A DNA stretch of 64,000 nucleotides, taken from positions 11,037 through 75,036 of the forward strand of contig JADKIH010000016.1 of NCBI GenBank assembly GCA_016721305.1, in the 5' to 3' direction. The stretch is from Bacteroidota bacterium (GTDB lineage Bacteria; Bacteroidota; Bacteroidia; AKYH767-A; 2013-40CM-41-45). The notes below the pieces were generated by a model that worked only from the letters and a program-made list of their open reading frames with translations, searched no databases and had not been told where the DNA came from. Positions 29,464 to 39,588 of the stretch are shown one piece after another. The position numbers were made by a program, and so were the translations under genes. How positions within the stretch are numbered: the first letter of the stretch is position 1; the number at the start of each line of letters is the position of its first letter.

Positions 29464-31362
29464 ATGAAAAGAATATCTCTACTCCTCGCTCTCTGCGTAG
29501 CAGGAACAATGACGTTCGCACAGTCGCAGCGTCTGGTTCTGTTCGAAGAATTCACACAGGCGTCTTGTCCTCCGTGTGCTACTACAAATCCGGGACTCAA
29601 TGCCATGTTAAATGCGCATCCTGAACAAGTTGTTTCGATTAAATATCAAACAAGCTGGCCGGGAACGGATCCTATGAATGCTCAGAACCCAACACAGGTT
29701 GCTACTCGTGTTACTTATTATAGCGTAACAGGTGTTCCTGATGGTGAGTTAGACGGTGGAATTGGCTTCTCAGGACAACCGGCTGGTATGTCGTACGGAG
29801 ATGTTTCTTCTCGTTATGCTGTTACTTCTCCTTTCACAATTGATGTGGATTTCCACCTTTCAGCTGCGAAAGACACAATTTACTGCCATGGTATGATTCG
29901 TTGTACTCAGGCTGTAACGGGTGCTCTTGTGGCTCACACTGTGGTAATCGACAGAAATGTATATTATACAACAGCTCCGGGTTCAAACGGTGAAAAGGAA
30001 TTTGAAGGCGTAATGCGTCAGATGCTTCCTTCAGCTTCCGGTTTCACTCTTCCGAATTCTTGGGCAGTAGGTGATTCTCTTGAATTAGATTATTCTTGGA
30101 AGCTCCCTTCTTACCTGATTCAAACGGTAAACGGTCAGCCTGACAGTACAAACATCAACCAACTTGCATGTGTGATCTTTGTTCAGAACAATACAACTAA
30201 AGACGTATTACAAGCAGGTTATATGGCTCCGCAAATCCCAACGGATTGTGGTGTTGCTGCTGTTGCTAATATTCCTGCCGTTCAGTGTACTCCTGACATC
30301 ACTCCTGATGTAACGATCACTAACTACGGAACTGATGTGTTGACTTCTTGCGATATCGAATATTCAATTGATGGAGCAACTCCTGCAGTTTATAACTGGA
30401 CAGGCAGTCTTGCTTACGGTTCAAGTGCAACAATTACGCTTCCAATGATCACTCTTACAAGCGGCGCTCACACGGTTACTATTTCTACATCTAATCCGAA
30501 TGCGGGTTCAGATATGAATATTCATAATGACGAAAAAATAAACAACATCGCTGTTTATTCAACTTCAGTACCGGCTCCTATTGCAGAAGCTTTCGGTGCG
30601 ACTCTTTTCCCTCCAACAGGTTTCGTTGTTGAAAACGTTGATGGTGATGCTGACAAATGGATTCGTTCACCTTACGGACACAATGGTGCAGGTAGTGCAA
30701 AGATTGCTTTCTACTCAGCTCCGGATGGAACAATTGACAATTTGTATGCTCCGAAATTCGATTTCTCTAATGCTATCCAAGGTTCAGTAATCACTTTCGA
30801 TGTTGCACACGCTCAATATTCTGCTGCTTACAACGATCGTCTGAAAGTTAAAGTATCAACAAATTGCGGTACAAGCTGGACTACAGTTTATGACAAACAA
30901 GGTTCTGCTCTTGCGACAGCTCCTATCACAACTTCTCAGTTCAACCCTTCTGCTTCTCAATGGCGCTTAGAAACTGTTTCTTTAGATCAGTTTATCGGTG
31001 CTTCTGAATTGCTTATTCAATTCCAGGGCTTGAGTAATTACGGTAATAACTGCTACGTTGATAACCTCAATATCTCTGATGGTAACGTTTCAGTTCCTCT
31101 GATGTTATTCGACAAAGGTATCTCTCTTTACCCGAACCCTGCATCTGATTTAGCTTATCTTGGATTGAACCTCGACAAAGCTTCTGATGTAACTGTTACT
31201 ATCGTTAATGCTATCGGTGCTGAAGTGAAAGTATTTAACTTCGCAGGTGTGACTAACGAAGTAGTGAAACTTGATCTTGCCGGTTTAGCTAAAGGAAGCT
31301 ACATCGTAAAAGTTCAGTCAGGTTCAAGCGTTGCTAATAAACATTTGAACATTACCGAATAA
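29464..31362 (+). CDS. T9SS-secreted protein: N-terminal Omp28-like thioredoxin-fold domain (CPPC), Ig-like region, choice-of-anchor-J/MAM-like domain and T9SS CTD
   Basis: Signal peptide MKRISLLLALCVAGTMTFAQS. LFEEFTQASCPPCA matches the Omp28-related pattern (EEFTG..C..CP). FPPTGFVVENVDGDADKWI...LKVKVSTNCGTSWTTVY resembles choice-of-anchor J. The tail reads ISLYPNPASDLAYLGL...GSYIVKV. Confidence 0.75.
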   Translation: MKRISLLLALCVAGTMTFAQSQRLVLFEEFTQASCPPCATTNPGLNAMLNAHPEQVVSIKYQTSWPGTDPMNAQNPTQVATRVTYYSVTGVPDGELDGGIGFSGQPAGMSYGDVSSRYAVTSPFTIDVDFHLSAAKDTIYCHGMIRCTQAVTGALVAHTVVIDRNVYYTTAPGSNGEKEFEGVMRQMLPSASGFTLPNSWAVGDSLELDYSWKLPSYLIQTVNGQPDSTNINQLACVIFVQNNTTKDVLQAGYMAPQIPTDCGVAAVANIPAVQCTPDITPDVTITNYGTDVLTSCDIEYSIDGATPAVYNWTGSLAYGSSATITLPMITLTSGAHTVTISTSNPNAGSDMNIHNDEKINNIAVYSTSVPAPIAEAFGATLFPPTGFVVENVDGDADKWIRSPYGHNGAGSAKIAFYSAPDGTIDNLYAPKFDFSNAIQGSVITFDVAHAQYSAAYNDRLKVKVSTNCGTSWTTVYDKQGSALATAPITTSQFNPSASQWRLETVSLDQFIGASELLIQFQGLSNYGNNCYVDNLNISDGNVSVPLMLFDKGISLYPNPASDLAYLGLNLDKASDVTVTIVNAIGAEVKVFNFAGVTNEVVKLDLAGLAKGSYIVKVQSGSSVANKHLNITE

Positions 31363-31382
31363 TAATGATATTTGTAATGAAT

Positions 31383-31410
31383 AAAGGGCTTAAGTAATTA
31401 AGCCCTTTTT
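31383..31410 (+). terminator. Rho-independent terminator
   Basis: aaagggcttaa-gtaa-ttaagcccttttt: a stem of about 10 bp followed by T5, 20 nt after the stop at 31362. Confidence 0.65.
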
Positions 31411-31433
31411 CATTCCAACCAATTCCATACTCT

Positions 31434-31961
31434 ATGAAAAAATTATTGGTCGTCCTGCTTACCATCGGACTCGTTTCCCTCAAAGCTCAGGACAAAGCAA
31501 CGCCGACTTCGGCGCGTGCACTTCCGGCTGTAGATGTGAAAAATCTTACCGGACAGAACATCTCTACTTCAACATTCAGTAACGATGGAAAACCTATCGT
31601 AATTGACTTCTGGGCAACGTGGTGCAAGCCTTGTATCGAAGAGTTAAATGCTATCAACGAAGTGTACGCTGACTGGCAGAAAGAAACCGGAGTGAAGGTT
31701 ATTACCATTTCGTTAGATGATGCCCGTACGATGAGCCGTGTTGCACCTTTCATTAATGGTCGTAGCTGGAAGTATGAAAATTACATCGATCCGAATGGCG
31801 ATTTCAAACGTGCCATGAATGTGAATATGCCTCCTCACACTTTTCTGTTAAACGGAAAAGGTGAAATCGTTTGGCAACATGTCGGCTTCGCTGAAGGAAA
31901 CGAAGAAGAACTCTTCGAACAAATTAAGAAAGTAGCTGCTGAATCGGCAGGAACGAAATAA
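31434..31961 (+). CDS. TlpA-family thiol:disulfide oxidoreductase (thioredoxin fold)
   Basis: Signal peptide followed by the FWATWCKPC active-site motif. 175 aa. Confidence 0.85.
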   Translation: MKKLLVVLLTIGLVSLKAQDKATPTSARALPAVDVKNLTGQNISTSTFSNDGKPIVIDFWATWCKPCIEELNAINEVYADWQKETGVKVITISLDDARTMSRVAPFINGRSWKYENYIDPNGDFKRAMNVNMPPHTFLLNGKGEIVWQHVGFAEGNEEELFEQIKKVAAESAGTK

Positions 31962-31972
31962 ATCTCATTATT

Positions 31973-33598
31973 GTGATCAGAAAATATTTTGCCGCACTGG
32001 TACTTACTGTGGCGGCTCTTCCGGCTTTTTCTCAGGGATTAGGCGGAACCAATATCCATGGTAACTTCGAATTCAACGGACAGTATTATAGCCCCGATTC
32101 TGCAATCGGTGCTCCTGAAGTTCCGGAAAAATTTCTCAATAACGGTTTTTTAAACCTGATCTATGAGAAGGATAATTTCTCTGCAGGAATTCGTTATGAA
32201 AGTTACCGAAATCCGTTACTCGGATTTGAACGCGATCTTTCAGGAAGCGGATTTACGTATCGCTTCATTAATTATAAGAAAGACGGACTTGAAGTAACAG
32301 CAGGAAATTTCTACGATCAGTTTGGAAATGGTCTCGTGCTTCGTGCTTATGAAGAACGCGGGCTGGGACTTGATAATGCTCTCGATGGTATTCGTGTCAA
32401 ATACACTCCGATTTCCGGTGTTACTGTTAAGGGTATTGTTGGTGTTCAACGAAATTATTTTACCGAAGGAAAAGGTGTTGTTCGCGGTGCCGATGTTGAA
32501 TGGAATATCAACGAAAGTTGCTCGACAATGGCTGCGAAGAAAACAACGATCATTCTGGGAGGTAGCTTCGTCAGTAAATTTGAGGAAGATGATAACAATA
32601 CGTATATCCTTCCTGCCAACGTTGGTGCCGGCTCCGGTCGTTTTAATATCATCAACGGCGGATGGAATATCGGTGGTGAATTTGCTTACAAGGCAAACGA
32701 TCCTTCATATGCAAACGGTTATATTTACAAAGACGGATCTGCTGCGTTGCTTACCGCTACGTATTCGAAACAAGGATTCGGTTTTTCATTCGGAGCAAAA
32801 CGTATCGATAACTTCAGTTTCCGCTCAGAGCGTACTGCCATTCTTAATAGCTTGATGATTAATTATCTCCCGGCTATGACGAAGCAGCACACTAACATTC
32901 TTGCTTCTTTCTATCCGTATGCTACACAGCCTACAGGCGAATATGGTTTTCAGGGCGAAATGTTCTTTCACCTGAAAGAAGGTTCTTTCCTCGGTGGTTC
33001 ACGCGGTGCTGATCTTGCTTTCAACTATTCGAGAGCACAAGACATCGACCGTGTTCCGACTACTGATCCTGATCAGGGTTACACTTCGGATTTCATGAAA
33101 TTGGGCAAAGAAGTTTTCTATGAAGATTTTAATATTGAGTACACACATAAAGTGAGTAAGAAAGTAAAACTGATTTTGACTTACGTTTACTCAAATTACA
33201 ATAAAGATGTAATCGAAGGTCGTCCGGGATTTGGTCACGTTTACAGTCATATCGGTATTGCCGAAATCAACTGGAAGATCGACAGCAAGCACAATTTGCG
33301 CACGGAGGTTCAACACCTCTATACTATGCAAGATGATAAGAGCTGGGCGCTGTTGCTCGCTGAATACACCGTATCACCGCATTGGTTCTTCGCAGGCTTT
33401 AGCGAATACAATTATGCTAACGATAATACAGATCGTCGTTTCAATTATTACAATGTATCGTTCGGTTATACAAATAATGCCAATCGTATTGCGTTCGGTT
33501 ATGGTCGTCAGCGCGCAGGATTGTTCTGCGTTGGTGGTGTTTGCCGTACCGTACCGGCTTCCAACGGAATTAGTGTATCTATAACAAGCAGCTTCTAA
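31973..33598 (+). CDS. Outer-membrane beta-barrel protein of unknown function (DUF6029-like, from memory)
   Basis: GTG start and signal peptide MIRKYFAALVLTVAALPAFSQ. Alternating amphipathic strands run throughout, and the C-terminal aromatic residue (...SITSSF) is typical of OM barrels. Confidence 0.55.
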   Translation: MIRKYFAALVLTVAALPAFSQGLGGTNIHGNFEFNGQYYSPDSAIGAPEVPEKFLNNGFLNLIYEKDNFSAGIRYESYRNPLLGFERDLSGSGFTYRFINYKKDGLEVTAGNFYDQFGNGLVLRAYEERGLGLDNALDGIRVKYTPISGVTVKGIVGVQRNYFTEGKGVVRGADVEWNINESCSTMAAKKTTIILGGSFVSKFEEDDNNTYILPANVGAGSGRFNIINGGWNIGGEFAYKANDPSYANGYIYKDGSAALLTATYSKQGFGFSFGAKRIDNFSFRSERTAILNSLMINYLPAMTKQHTNILASFYPYATQPTGEYGFQGEMFFHLKEGSFLGGSRGADLAFNYSRAQDIDRVPTTDPDQGYTSDFMKLGKEVFYEDFNIEYTHKVSKKVKLILTYVYSNYNKDVIEGRPGFGHVYSHIGIAEINWKIDSKHNLRTEVQHLYTMQDDKSWALLLAEYTVSPHWFFAGFSEYNYANDNTDRRFNYYNVSFGYTNNANRIAFGYGRQRAGLFCVGGVCRTVPASNGISVSITSSF

Positions 33599-33599
33599 G

Positions 33600-34529
33600 A
33601 TGAAAAAAATAATATTTCCCGCATTGCTCATAGCAGGTGCTATAGCAATTTACAGTTGTGATAAAATCGACGGACCTACTCGTGAGGAAGATAATTCCGG
33701 TGTGGTACTTGGAGAAAATGCGTTGCTGATCGATGGCGATACTTTGTCGTTCGATACACTGGCTTATTCTGCTCAAAAGCATGTACTGGCGGAAGATTAC
33801 ACCGGACACTTATGTGGCACATGCCCTCCGGCCGGTGTAACATTGAACGACAGCTTGAAAGCGCAGTTCGGTGATCAACTTGTCGTGATTAGTATTCACG
33901 CAGGCCAGTTTGCCGACGTTTGTCCTACAGCGCTCGATTGTCCTTCGGCTGCTCCGACAGGTGCATTTACTGCTGATTATCGTACAGCTCTCGGAAACTC
34001 CTGGAATACGAAATTTGGTATTACAGCCAATCCAATCGGAATGATTGATCGTGTCGGATATCCGACATCGCATAAGAAAGTATATACTGCCTGGAAGAAT
34101 GCAGTTCAAACTGAGTTGGCAGTTGCTCCGGTAGCAAAAATGCGAATGAAAACAACGTATGATGCTACATCACGTGAAGTTCGTGCAGCAGTGCAAGGCC
34201 AGCTTGTTCAGGAATACAATGGAACTTTGAAATTGCAAATGGTTGTTGTGGAAGACAGCATCGTCGACTGGCAACAGTGGTATGCTCATAATCCGCAATT
34301 GGTTTCTGATTATGTTCATCACGATGTATTACGCGGAAGTTTTAATGGTGATTTCGGTGATACACTTTCTACCGGTGCTCCGATTGCCAATAGTACAAAA
34401 TTCATCAAAGGTTATTTTACTTCGCTTGCTGCTAATTGGAATGCAGATAAATGTCACGTAATCGCATTCGTTTACGATGCCGATACTTATCAGGTTGTTG
34501 AAGTTGTACAAGCAAAAGTAGGGGAGTAA
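33600..34529 (+). CDS. Omp28-related lipoprotein with a CxxC thioredoxin-like motif
   Basis: Lipobox-like AIAIYSCDK. The motif LAEDYTGHLCGTCPPAG followed by VVISIHAG matches the Omp28-related pattern. It starts 2 nt after the previous stop. Confidence 0.6.
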   Translation: MKKIIFPALLIAGAIAIYSCDKIDGPTREEDNSGVVLGENALLIDGDTLSFDTLAYSAQKHVLAEDYTGHLCGTCPPAGVTLNDSLKAQFGDQLVVISIHAGQFADVCPTALDCPSAAPTGAFTADYRTALGNSWNTKFGITANPIGMIDRVGYPTSHKKVYTAWKNAVQTELAVAPVAKMRMKTTYDATSREVRAAVQGQLVQEYNGTLKLQMVVVEDSIVDWQQWYAHNPQLVSDYVHHDVLRGSFNGDFGDTLSTGAPIANSTKFIKGYFTSLAANWNADKCHVIAFVYDADTYQVVEVVQAKVGE

Positions 34530-34533
34530 GCCA

Positions 34534-35121
34534 ATGAAGAAGGTTGTAGTTTTGTTATTGTTATTTCCTCTAGCAACCTTCGCTCAAAAATTTAATGCCG
34601 GTATTCGTGCCGGAATTGTTGCATCACAAGTTGACGGCGACACATATGAAGGATTTGATAAGGCCGGCGTCATTGCCGGCCTTTATGTTAGTCGTTCTTT
34701 CTCCGATAAATTTTCTCTGCAATTAGAAATGGATTACATTCAAAAAGGAAGCCGTATGCCGGTCGACGATTTGAATAATTATTATCTGATGCGACTTTCG
34801 TATCTCGAAGTTCCGCTATTGCTTCAGTGGCATGTTTCGAATTCTTTTACCTTATTCGGTGGCCCTTCATACGGTGTGCTAATTGCTTCGCATGAAGAAA
34901 ATCAACTGGGCGATTTAACTTATATGCCGGCTTTTAAGAAATACGAAATAGCTGCACGTTTTGGATTATCGTACAAGCTTTCGGAAAAGTGGACAACCGA
35001 CATTCGATATTGCGGATCAATGTCGACGATAAGACCTTCGCCGGCGGGATATACTCCATCCTATTTTGAAAATGGTCAGTTTAACAGACTGATCGAAATA
35101 GGACTTTCACTGGCATTCTGA
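34534..35121 (+). CDS. Small 8-10-strand outer-membrane beta-barrel (porin-family/PorT-like)
   Basis: Signal peptide MKKVVVLLLLFPLATFAQ, GIRAGI...SQ opening strand, YLEVPLLL motif and terminal ...GLSLAF. Confidence 0.6.
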   Translation: MKKVVVLLLLFPLATFAQKFNAGIRAGIVASQVDGDTYEGFDKAGVIAGLYVSRSFSDKFSLQLEMDYIQKGSRMPVDDLNNYYLMRLSYLEVPLLLQWHVSNSFTLFGGPSYGVLIASHEENQLGDLTYMPAFKKYEIAARFGLSYKLSEKWTTDIRYCGSMSTIRPSPAGYTPSYFENGQFNRLIEIGLSLAF

Positions 35122-35398
35122 TTTTTTTTGAGACGCGAGATGATTTAATCAAGAGTGGGAGCTGCTCAACTTTAGTGTTGTTGATACGGGCAAAGTCTCG
35201 CGGATTAGTTCTCCCTTTTTTCTTCGGAAAATAATCTCTGTGTTCGGATTGAATTCTAAACAGGTGAAGAGTCGGAAATCTTACCCCAAGACTTTGTTAA
35301 CTCACCTATCATTATTGGCTTTTTACTGATTATTTAATTTTTTGTGAATCTATTCAATATGTTCTGTCTACATTCGTCTCGACCACTAATCATTTTCT

Positions 35399-36115
35399 AT
35401 GAATCTATCTTTAATTGTTCCTGTTTATAATGAAGAGCTCACGATTGCTAAGTTGCTGAAGAAATTGTATTCGGTGGACTTTAAAGATGTGAACGTTGTT
35501 GAAGTGATAGTTGTGAATGATTGTTCAACCGATCATACGAAAGTTGCTATTGAGAATTTCATAGACGAGAATCCGGGACATAAGGCTCTCAAGTTTGTAA
35601 GTCACTCTGTCAATCAGGGCAAAGGTGCCGCTATTCGTACAGGAATTTTACATGCAACAGGTGATTATACTATTATACAGGATGCAGATCTGGAGTTAGA
35701 TCCGGGAGAGATAAATAATTTATTGATGCCGGTTTTTCGTGTAAATGCCGACGTAGTTTACGGATCACGTTTTGCCGGAGGAAAAAATCCGAGATCGATT
35801 TTATCATACTGGCATAGTAAGGCGAATCATTTTCTGACAGGCTTTTCAAATCTGCTTTCGAATATGAATATCACCGACATGGAAACGTGTTATAAACTGG
35901 TTAGGACAGATGTTCTAAAGCAGATTATTATCAAGGAAAACCGTTTTGGCTTTGAGCCGGAAATTACCGCGAAGCTTGGTAAAATGCGTCACTTGATTAT
36001 TTACGAAGTTGGTATTTCTTATTACGCGCGCAAATCGATGGAAGGGAAGAAAATTGGTTGGAAAGATGGGGTACGGGCTATGTGGTGTATTGTCAAATAC
36101 AATTTGCTGGATTAG
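35399..36115 (+). CDS. Family 2 glycosyltransferase, polyprenyl-phosphate sugar synthase-like (DPM1/ArnC/GtrB type)
   Basis: SLIVPVYNEE, VNDCSTD and IIQDADLE (DxD) motifs. 238 aa and soluble. Confidence 0.8.
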   Translation: MNLSLIVPVYNEELTIAKLLKKLYSVDFKDVNVVEVIVVNDCSTDHTKVAIENFIDENPGHKALKFVSHSVNQGKGAAIRTGILHATGDYTIIQDADLELDPGEINNLLMPVFRVNADVVYGSRFAGGKNPRSILSYWHSKANHFLTGFSNLLSNMNITDMETCYKLVRTDVLKQIIIKENRFGFEPEITAKLGKMRHLIIYEVGISYYARKSMEGKKIGWKDGVRAMWCIVKYNLLD

Positions 36116-38371
36116 ATGAGTGTTATTCTCTTTTTTCTGAATATCTATCTTCTCTTTCGCATCGTGGAACACTTTGCTGAGGCGGAGGATTCGTCGTTAG
36201 ACAGATTTAGAATTTCATTTTTCAGAACATCGGTTCTTTTCGCTCTCTTTGTTTACCTGCAAGTTCATCTGCTTTCGCGAGTCGATTTAATTTCGTTTGG
36301 AAGTTTATTGATTTCGAATTTCGTTTTTGCTTTTACCCTTGGAATAATTATGTTCCGATATGAAATACCATTTTTTCGTTCGCCGAATTTTTTTTTGACA
36401 AAAGGAGAGAAGGTTGTGTTGTCGATCATTTTCATTATCTTAATTGTTCCGCTACTGTTTTTGCTCTTCTATGTACCACCGAATAATTCGGATGCTGTCA
36501 CCTGTTATTTAATTCGTGTTGAAAATTGGTTGTGGAACGGAAATATCGAGGCATACCCAACGCAGAATTTATACGAAATTTATTACAACCATTTCCCGCA
36601 ATTCTTTATGGTGAATATGCGGGCTCTTTCGGGTGGCGATTCATTTTCTGCCGTCTTTCAATTCTTCGCCTACATCGGTTCGGCCATCGCAGCTTCGGCC
36701 ATCGTGAAGGAAGTGTTTAATGGTAACAGAAAAGCGCAATGGCTCTCAGCACTCATTGTGATTTGTTTGCCTCAGGCTATTCTTCAAAGTACGGCTACGA
36801 TGTATGATTTACAAGCAGGATATTTTTGTCTGATCGCTGCTTACTTTGGCTTCCGGCTTTTGAAAAGGAAGTCATTTCAAATTCCTGATATTATCTTTTT
36901 TGCCTTGAGCTTTGCCTTTGCGAGCTACACAAAATATACGTCTATATTCTTCATTTTCCCGTTTTCGCTATGGGTGATCTTCGCAATATGGAGAAATAGT
37001 CTGCAAAAAATGATGTTGACGGGAGTGATGTTGGTTTTTGTTTTTGTCATCATTCATTTGCCGTTATTTATGAGCAATCATCAGATGTTTGGCAAGTGGA
37101 TTGCTCCGGGAAAAGAATATGCTCGGCTCGATCAGGTCGTGAATGAGAAGCATTCGTTCTCCGACGTTATTTCCGGTCTATCAAAAAATATTGCACTTAA
37201 TTTTAATACATATTCATCGTCAATAAATGGATTAGTTCATAGCTCGGTTTTAAAACTGCATTCTGCTCTTAATGTCGACGTCAATGATCGCCAACTGAAT
37301 TTGAATCACTATTACGAAAAAGGCTCCGGAGCAATTTCCGAAACGGTCACAGGAAATACTTTTATTGCCTTTCTGGGAATAATTACACTCGTATTATTTG
37401 TTGTGAAATTGTTGGCGCGAAGAGGGTTTAAGGATGAGAATAAGGAGATGTTTTACTTGCTTTGCTTATCGACCGGCTTTATTCTCTTTTGTATAGTTTT
37501 TAAATTTCAGCAATGGAATGCGCGATTGCAATTGCCGTTTTTTCTATTGCTTGCACCATGGTTGGCCATGCAGATAATTAAGTTTTTGGAGAAGCGTGAG
37601 AGAATTGTTTCCATCTTAATTGTTTGCTTAATCCTCAGCGCGCTTCCATGTGTTTATTTGAACTATGGTAAACCACTTGTTTCTTATTATAGTCTTCGTT
37701 CATATTTTAATCGTCCGCCTCAATTTGTAAATAAAAGAGAAATTGCAACCTTGCTTGAGATGAATGGTGGATTAACGGAGGAATATCTACGTCCGTATTA
37801 TTCCGGTGAAAGCAATTCTTCCTTTCTTAAATTGGATCCGAATCTCGCGTCTGATGGTCGCAGTATAGCTATCTCGCTTTTAAATTCAATTGGATATTTT
37901 CAAACCGAGAAAAGTATTTTTGAAAAATCAGAGAACGAAATGAGATTGCATCCGGGAAATGAAGGGGCCATGACTTTGATGCACAATTACGAAAAGGCAG
38001 CCAACTTTCTTTCTAAGAAAGGGGATTCGTGGCTAGCTCCCATTGGATTGGTATTCCGGCATTCAGAAGAATATCCTTTTCTGTCGATGATGGATGGGCT
38101 TAACATAAGGCCTTCTGTAAAATTGAGGCATATTAGTACTATCGAATTAATCGGTCAGAATCGAAATTTTTATCGCCCGTTTGAATACCGTTACATCGTT
38201 ACAAATGATAGTAGGTTTATTTCAATGCTGGATCGATCAGCTATTTTGCAGGATACGGCTTTCGGGGGTATTCACGTTATTAGTTTGAATAAGTTGCAGC
38301 AAAGCAGGTACGTTCTAAGCAAAGATGGTAAAACGTATTTGTTGAATTCTGAATTATCCATTCGGGAATGA
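36116..38371 (+). CDS. Large polytopic membrane protein, GT-C-fold (ArnT/PMT-like) glycosyltransferase candidate
   Basis: More than 10 predicted TM segments over about 500 aa, then a soluble C-terminal domain of about 250 aa. The ATG abuts the stop of the GT2 gene (TAG|ATG). Confidence 0.45.
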   Translation: MSVILFFLNIYLLFRIVEHFAEAEDSSLDRFRISFFRTSVLFALFVYLQVHLLSRVDLISFGSLLISNFVFAFTLGIIMFRYEIPFFRSPNFFLTKGEKVVLSIIFIILIVPLLFLLFYVPPNNSDAVTCYLIRVENWLWNGNIEAYPTQNLYEIYYNHFPQFFMVNMRALSGGDSFSAVFQFFAYIGSAIAASAIVKEVFNGNRKAQWLSALIVICLPQAILQSTATMYDLQAGYFCLIAAYFGFRLLKRKSFQIPDIIFFALSFAFASYTKYTSIFFIFPFSLWVIFAIWRNSLQKMMLTGVMLVFVFVIIHLPLFMSNHQMFGKWIAPGKEYARLDQVVNEKHSFSDVISGLSKNIALNFNTYSSSINGLVHSSVLKLHSALNVDVNDRQLNLNHYYEKGSGAISETVTGNTFIAFLGIITLVLFVVKLLARRGFKDENKEMFYLLCLSTGFILFCIVFKFQQWNARLQLPFFLLLAPWLAMQIIKFLEKRERIVSILIVCLILSALPCVYLNYGKPLVSYYSLRSYFNRPPQFVNKREIATLLEMNGGLTEEYLRPYYSGESNSSFLKLDPNLASDGRSIAISLLNSIGYFQTEKSIFEKSENEMRLHPGNEGAMTLMHNYEKAANFLSKKGDSWLAPIGLVFRHSEEYPFLSMMDGLNIRPSVKLRHISTIELIGQNRNFYRPFEYRYIVTNDSRFISMLDRSAILQDTAFGGIHVISLNKLQQSRYVLSKDGKTYLLNSELSIRE

Positions 38372-38640
38372 GCTCAATTGTCGGAATTCATAGTTTCAGG
38401 TTCAGTCAATCGATTCTGTCATCAATAAAATACGAGCATTTACTCTTGAGTTAAATACCATAATTGAGAGATCTTATGATTTGCTTTTTTGAACCGGAAA
38501 ATTCGTTGCAATGGTCTTTGCATTTGGTGTACAAACCCCGTTTTGGCTATTACCATTTGATTTTTGACTTGTGAAGAAGATTTCCCTTGCACAATTCCTT
38601 TTCGTATATTCGCTAGCCTATTTTGGCTAAGATCCATAGA

Positions 38641-39546
38641 ATGAAAAGAACAGATTATTTAGTGACCGACAGCCCTGCGATTGATCAGGTGGGTGTGGAG
38701 GAACGAATTTCGCGTTTTTCGAAGCGAAGTATTAAAAAGGAGTCGAAAATGGCTGCCCTGAAGATGGCGCTCAGTATGGTCGATCTCACCACTCTTGAAG
38801 CAAAAGATACTCCCGGGAAAGTAAAGCAACTTTGTACGAAAGCAATGCATCCGCATTCGGCTTATTCCGATATTCCTCCTGTTGCGGCCGTTTGTGTGTA
38901 CCCGAATCTGGTGCGTGTTGCAAAAGAGGCGTTGAAGGGTTCCAAAGTAAAAGTTGCGGCTGTGGCAACGGCCTTCCCAAGCGGTATGTCTACACGCAAG
39001 GTGAAGCTCGAAGAAACTAAGTGGGCGGTGAACGAAGGTGCTGATGAAATCGATATGGTGATTTCCCGCGGACATTTCCTCGCCAGCGAATATAATTTCG
39101 TGTTCGATGAAATCTGTGCCGTGAAAGAAGCTTGCGGACAAGCACATCTCAAAGTGATTTTGGAAACAGGTGAGTTGAGTACGCTCGACAATGTGCGTCG
39201 TGCTTCTGATCTCGCTATGCATGCCGGAGCTGATTTTATTAAAACTTCGACAGGGAAAATTCAACCTGCTGCGACATTGCCTGTAACATTGGTGATGCTC
39301 GAAGCGATTCGTGATTTCTATTATGAAACAGGAAAACGAATCGGAATGAAACCGGCAGGTGGTATTGCAACTTCCAAGCTGGCGTTGAATTATCTCGTCG
39401 TTCTTCGCGAAACATTGGGCAACGATTGGCTGAATGCCGATATGTTCCGTTTCGGAGCTTCGGCCTTGGCGAACGATTTGCTCATGCAGATTGTGAAGGA
39501 GAAGGAAGGCGTTTATCAGAGTATCGATTATTTTTCAAAAGACTAA
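38641..39546 (+). CDS. deoC: Deoxyribose-phosphate aldolase (long DERA type)
   Basis: DLTTLEA, AAVCVYP, EIDMVI and the Schiff-base lysine motif DFIKTSTGK. I prefer the ATG at 38641 to the TTG at 38623. Confidence 0.85.
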   Translation: MKRTDYLVTDSPAIDQVGVEERISRFSKRSIKKESKMAALKMALSMVDLTTLEAKDTPGKVKQLCTKAMHPHSAYSDIPPVAAVCVYPNLVRVAKEALKGSKVKVAAVATAFPSGMSTRKVKLEETKWAVNEGADEIDMVISRGHFLASEYNFVFDEICAVKEACGQAHLKVILETGELSTLDNVRRASDLAMHAGADFIKTSTGKIQPAATLPVTLVMLEAIRDFYYETGKRIGMKPAGGIATSKLALNYLVVLRETLGNDWLNADMFRFGASALANDLLMQIVKEKEGVYQSIDYFSKD

Positions 39547-39588
39547 TTACTAACGGGAAGTGTATATGCTTCCTCTATAGATATCAGA

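Noticed and set aside
32322-32855. 177-aa same-strand alternative-frame ORF inside the 541-aa barrel gene, and a similar one at 33231-33584
   Set aside because: The annotated frame is uninterrupted from signal peptide to C-terminal aromatic residue. The alternative frames have no coherent features.
38440-38637. 65-aa minus-strand ORF upstream of deoC
   Set aside because: It has no motif or signal, lies in a promoter-type spacer and overlaps the alternative TTG start of deoC. It is probably spurious.
38659-39264. 201-aa ORF antisense to deoC, plus nested antisense ORFs at 38786-38980 and 38862-39191
   Set aside because: The composition (rich in R, H, C and F, with no motifs) is typical of the shadow frame of a well-supported gene. 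deoC on the plus strand has clear catalytic motifs.
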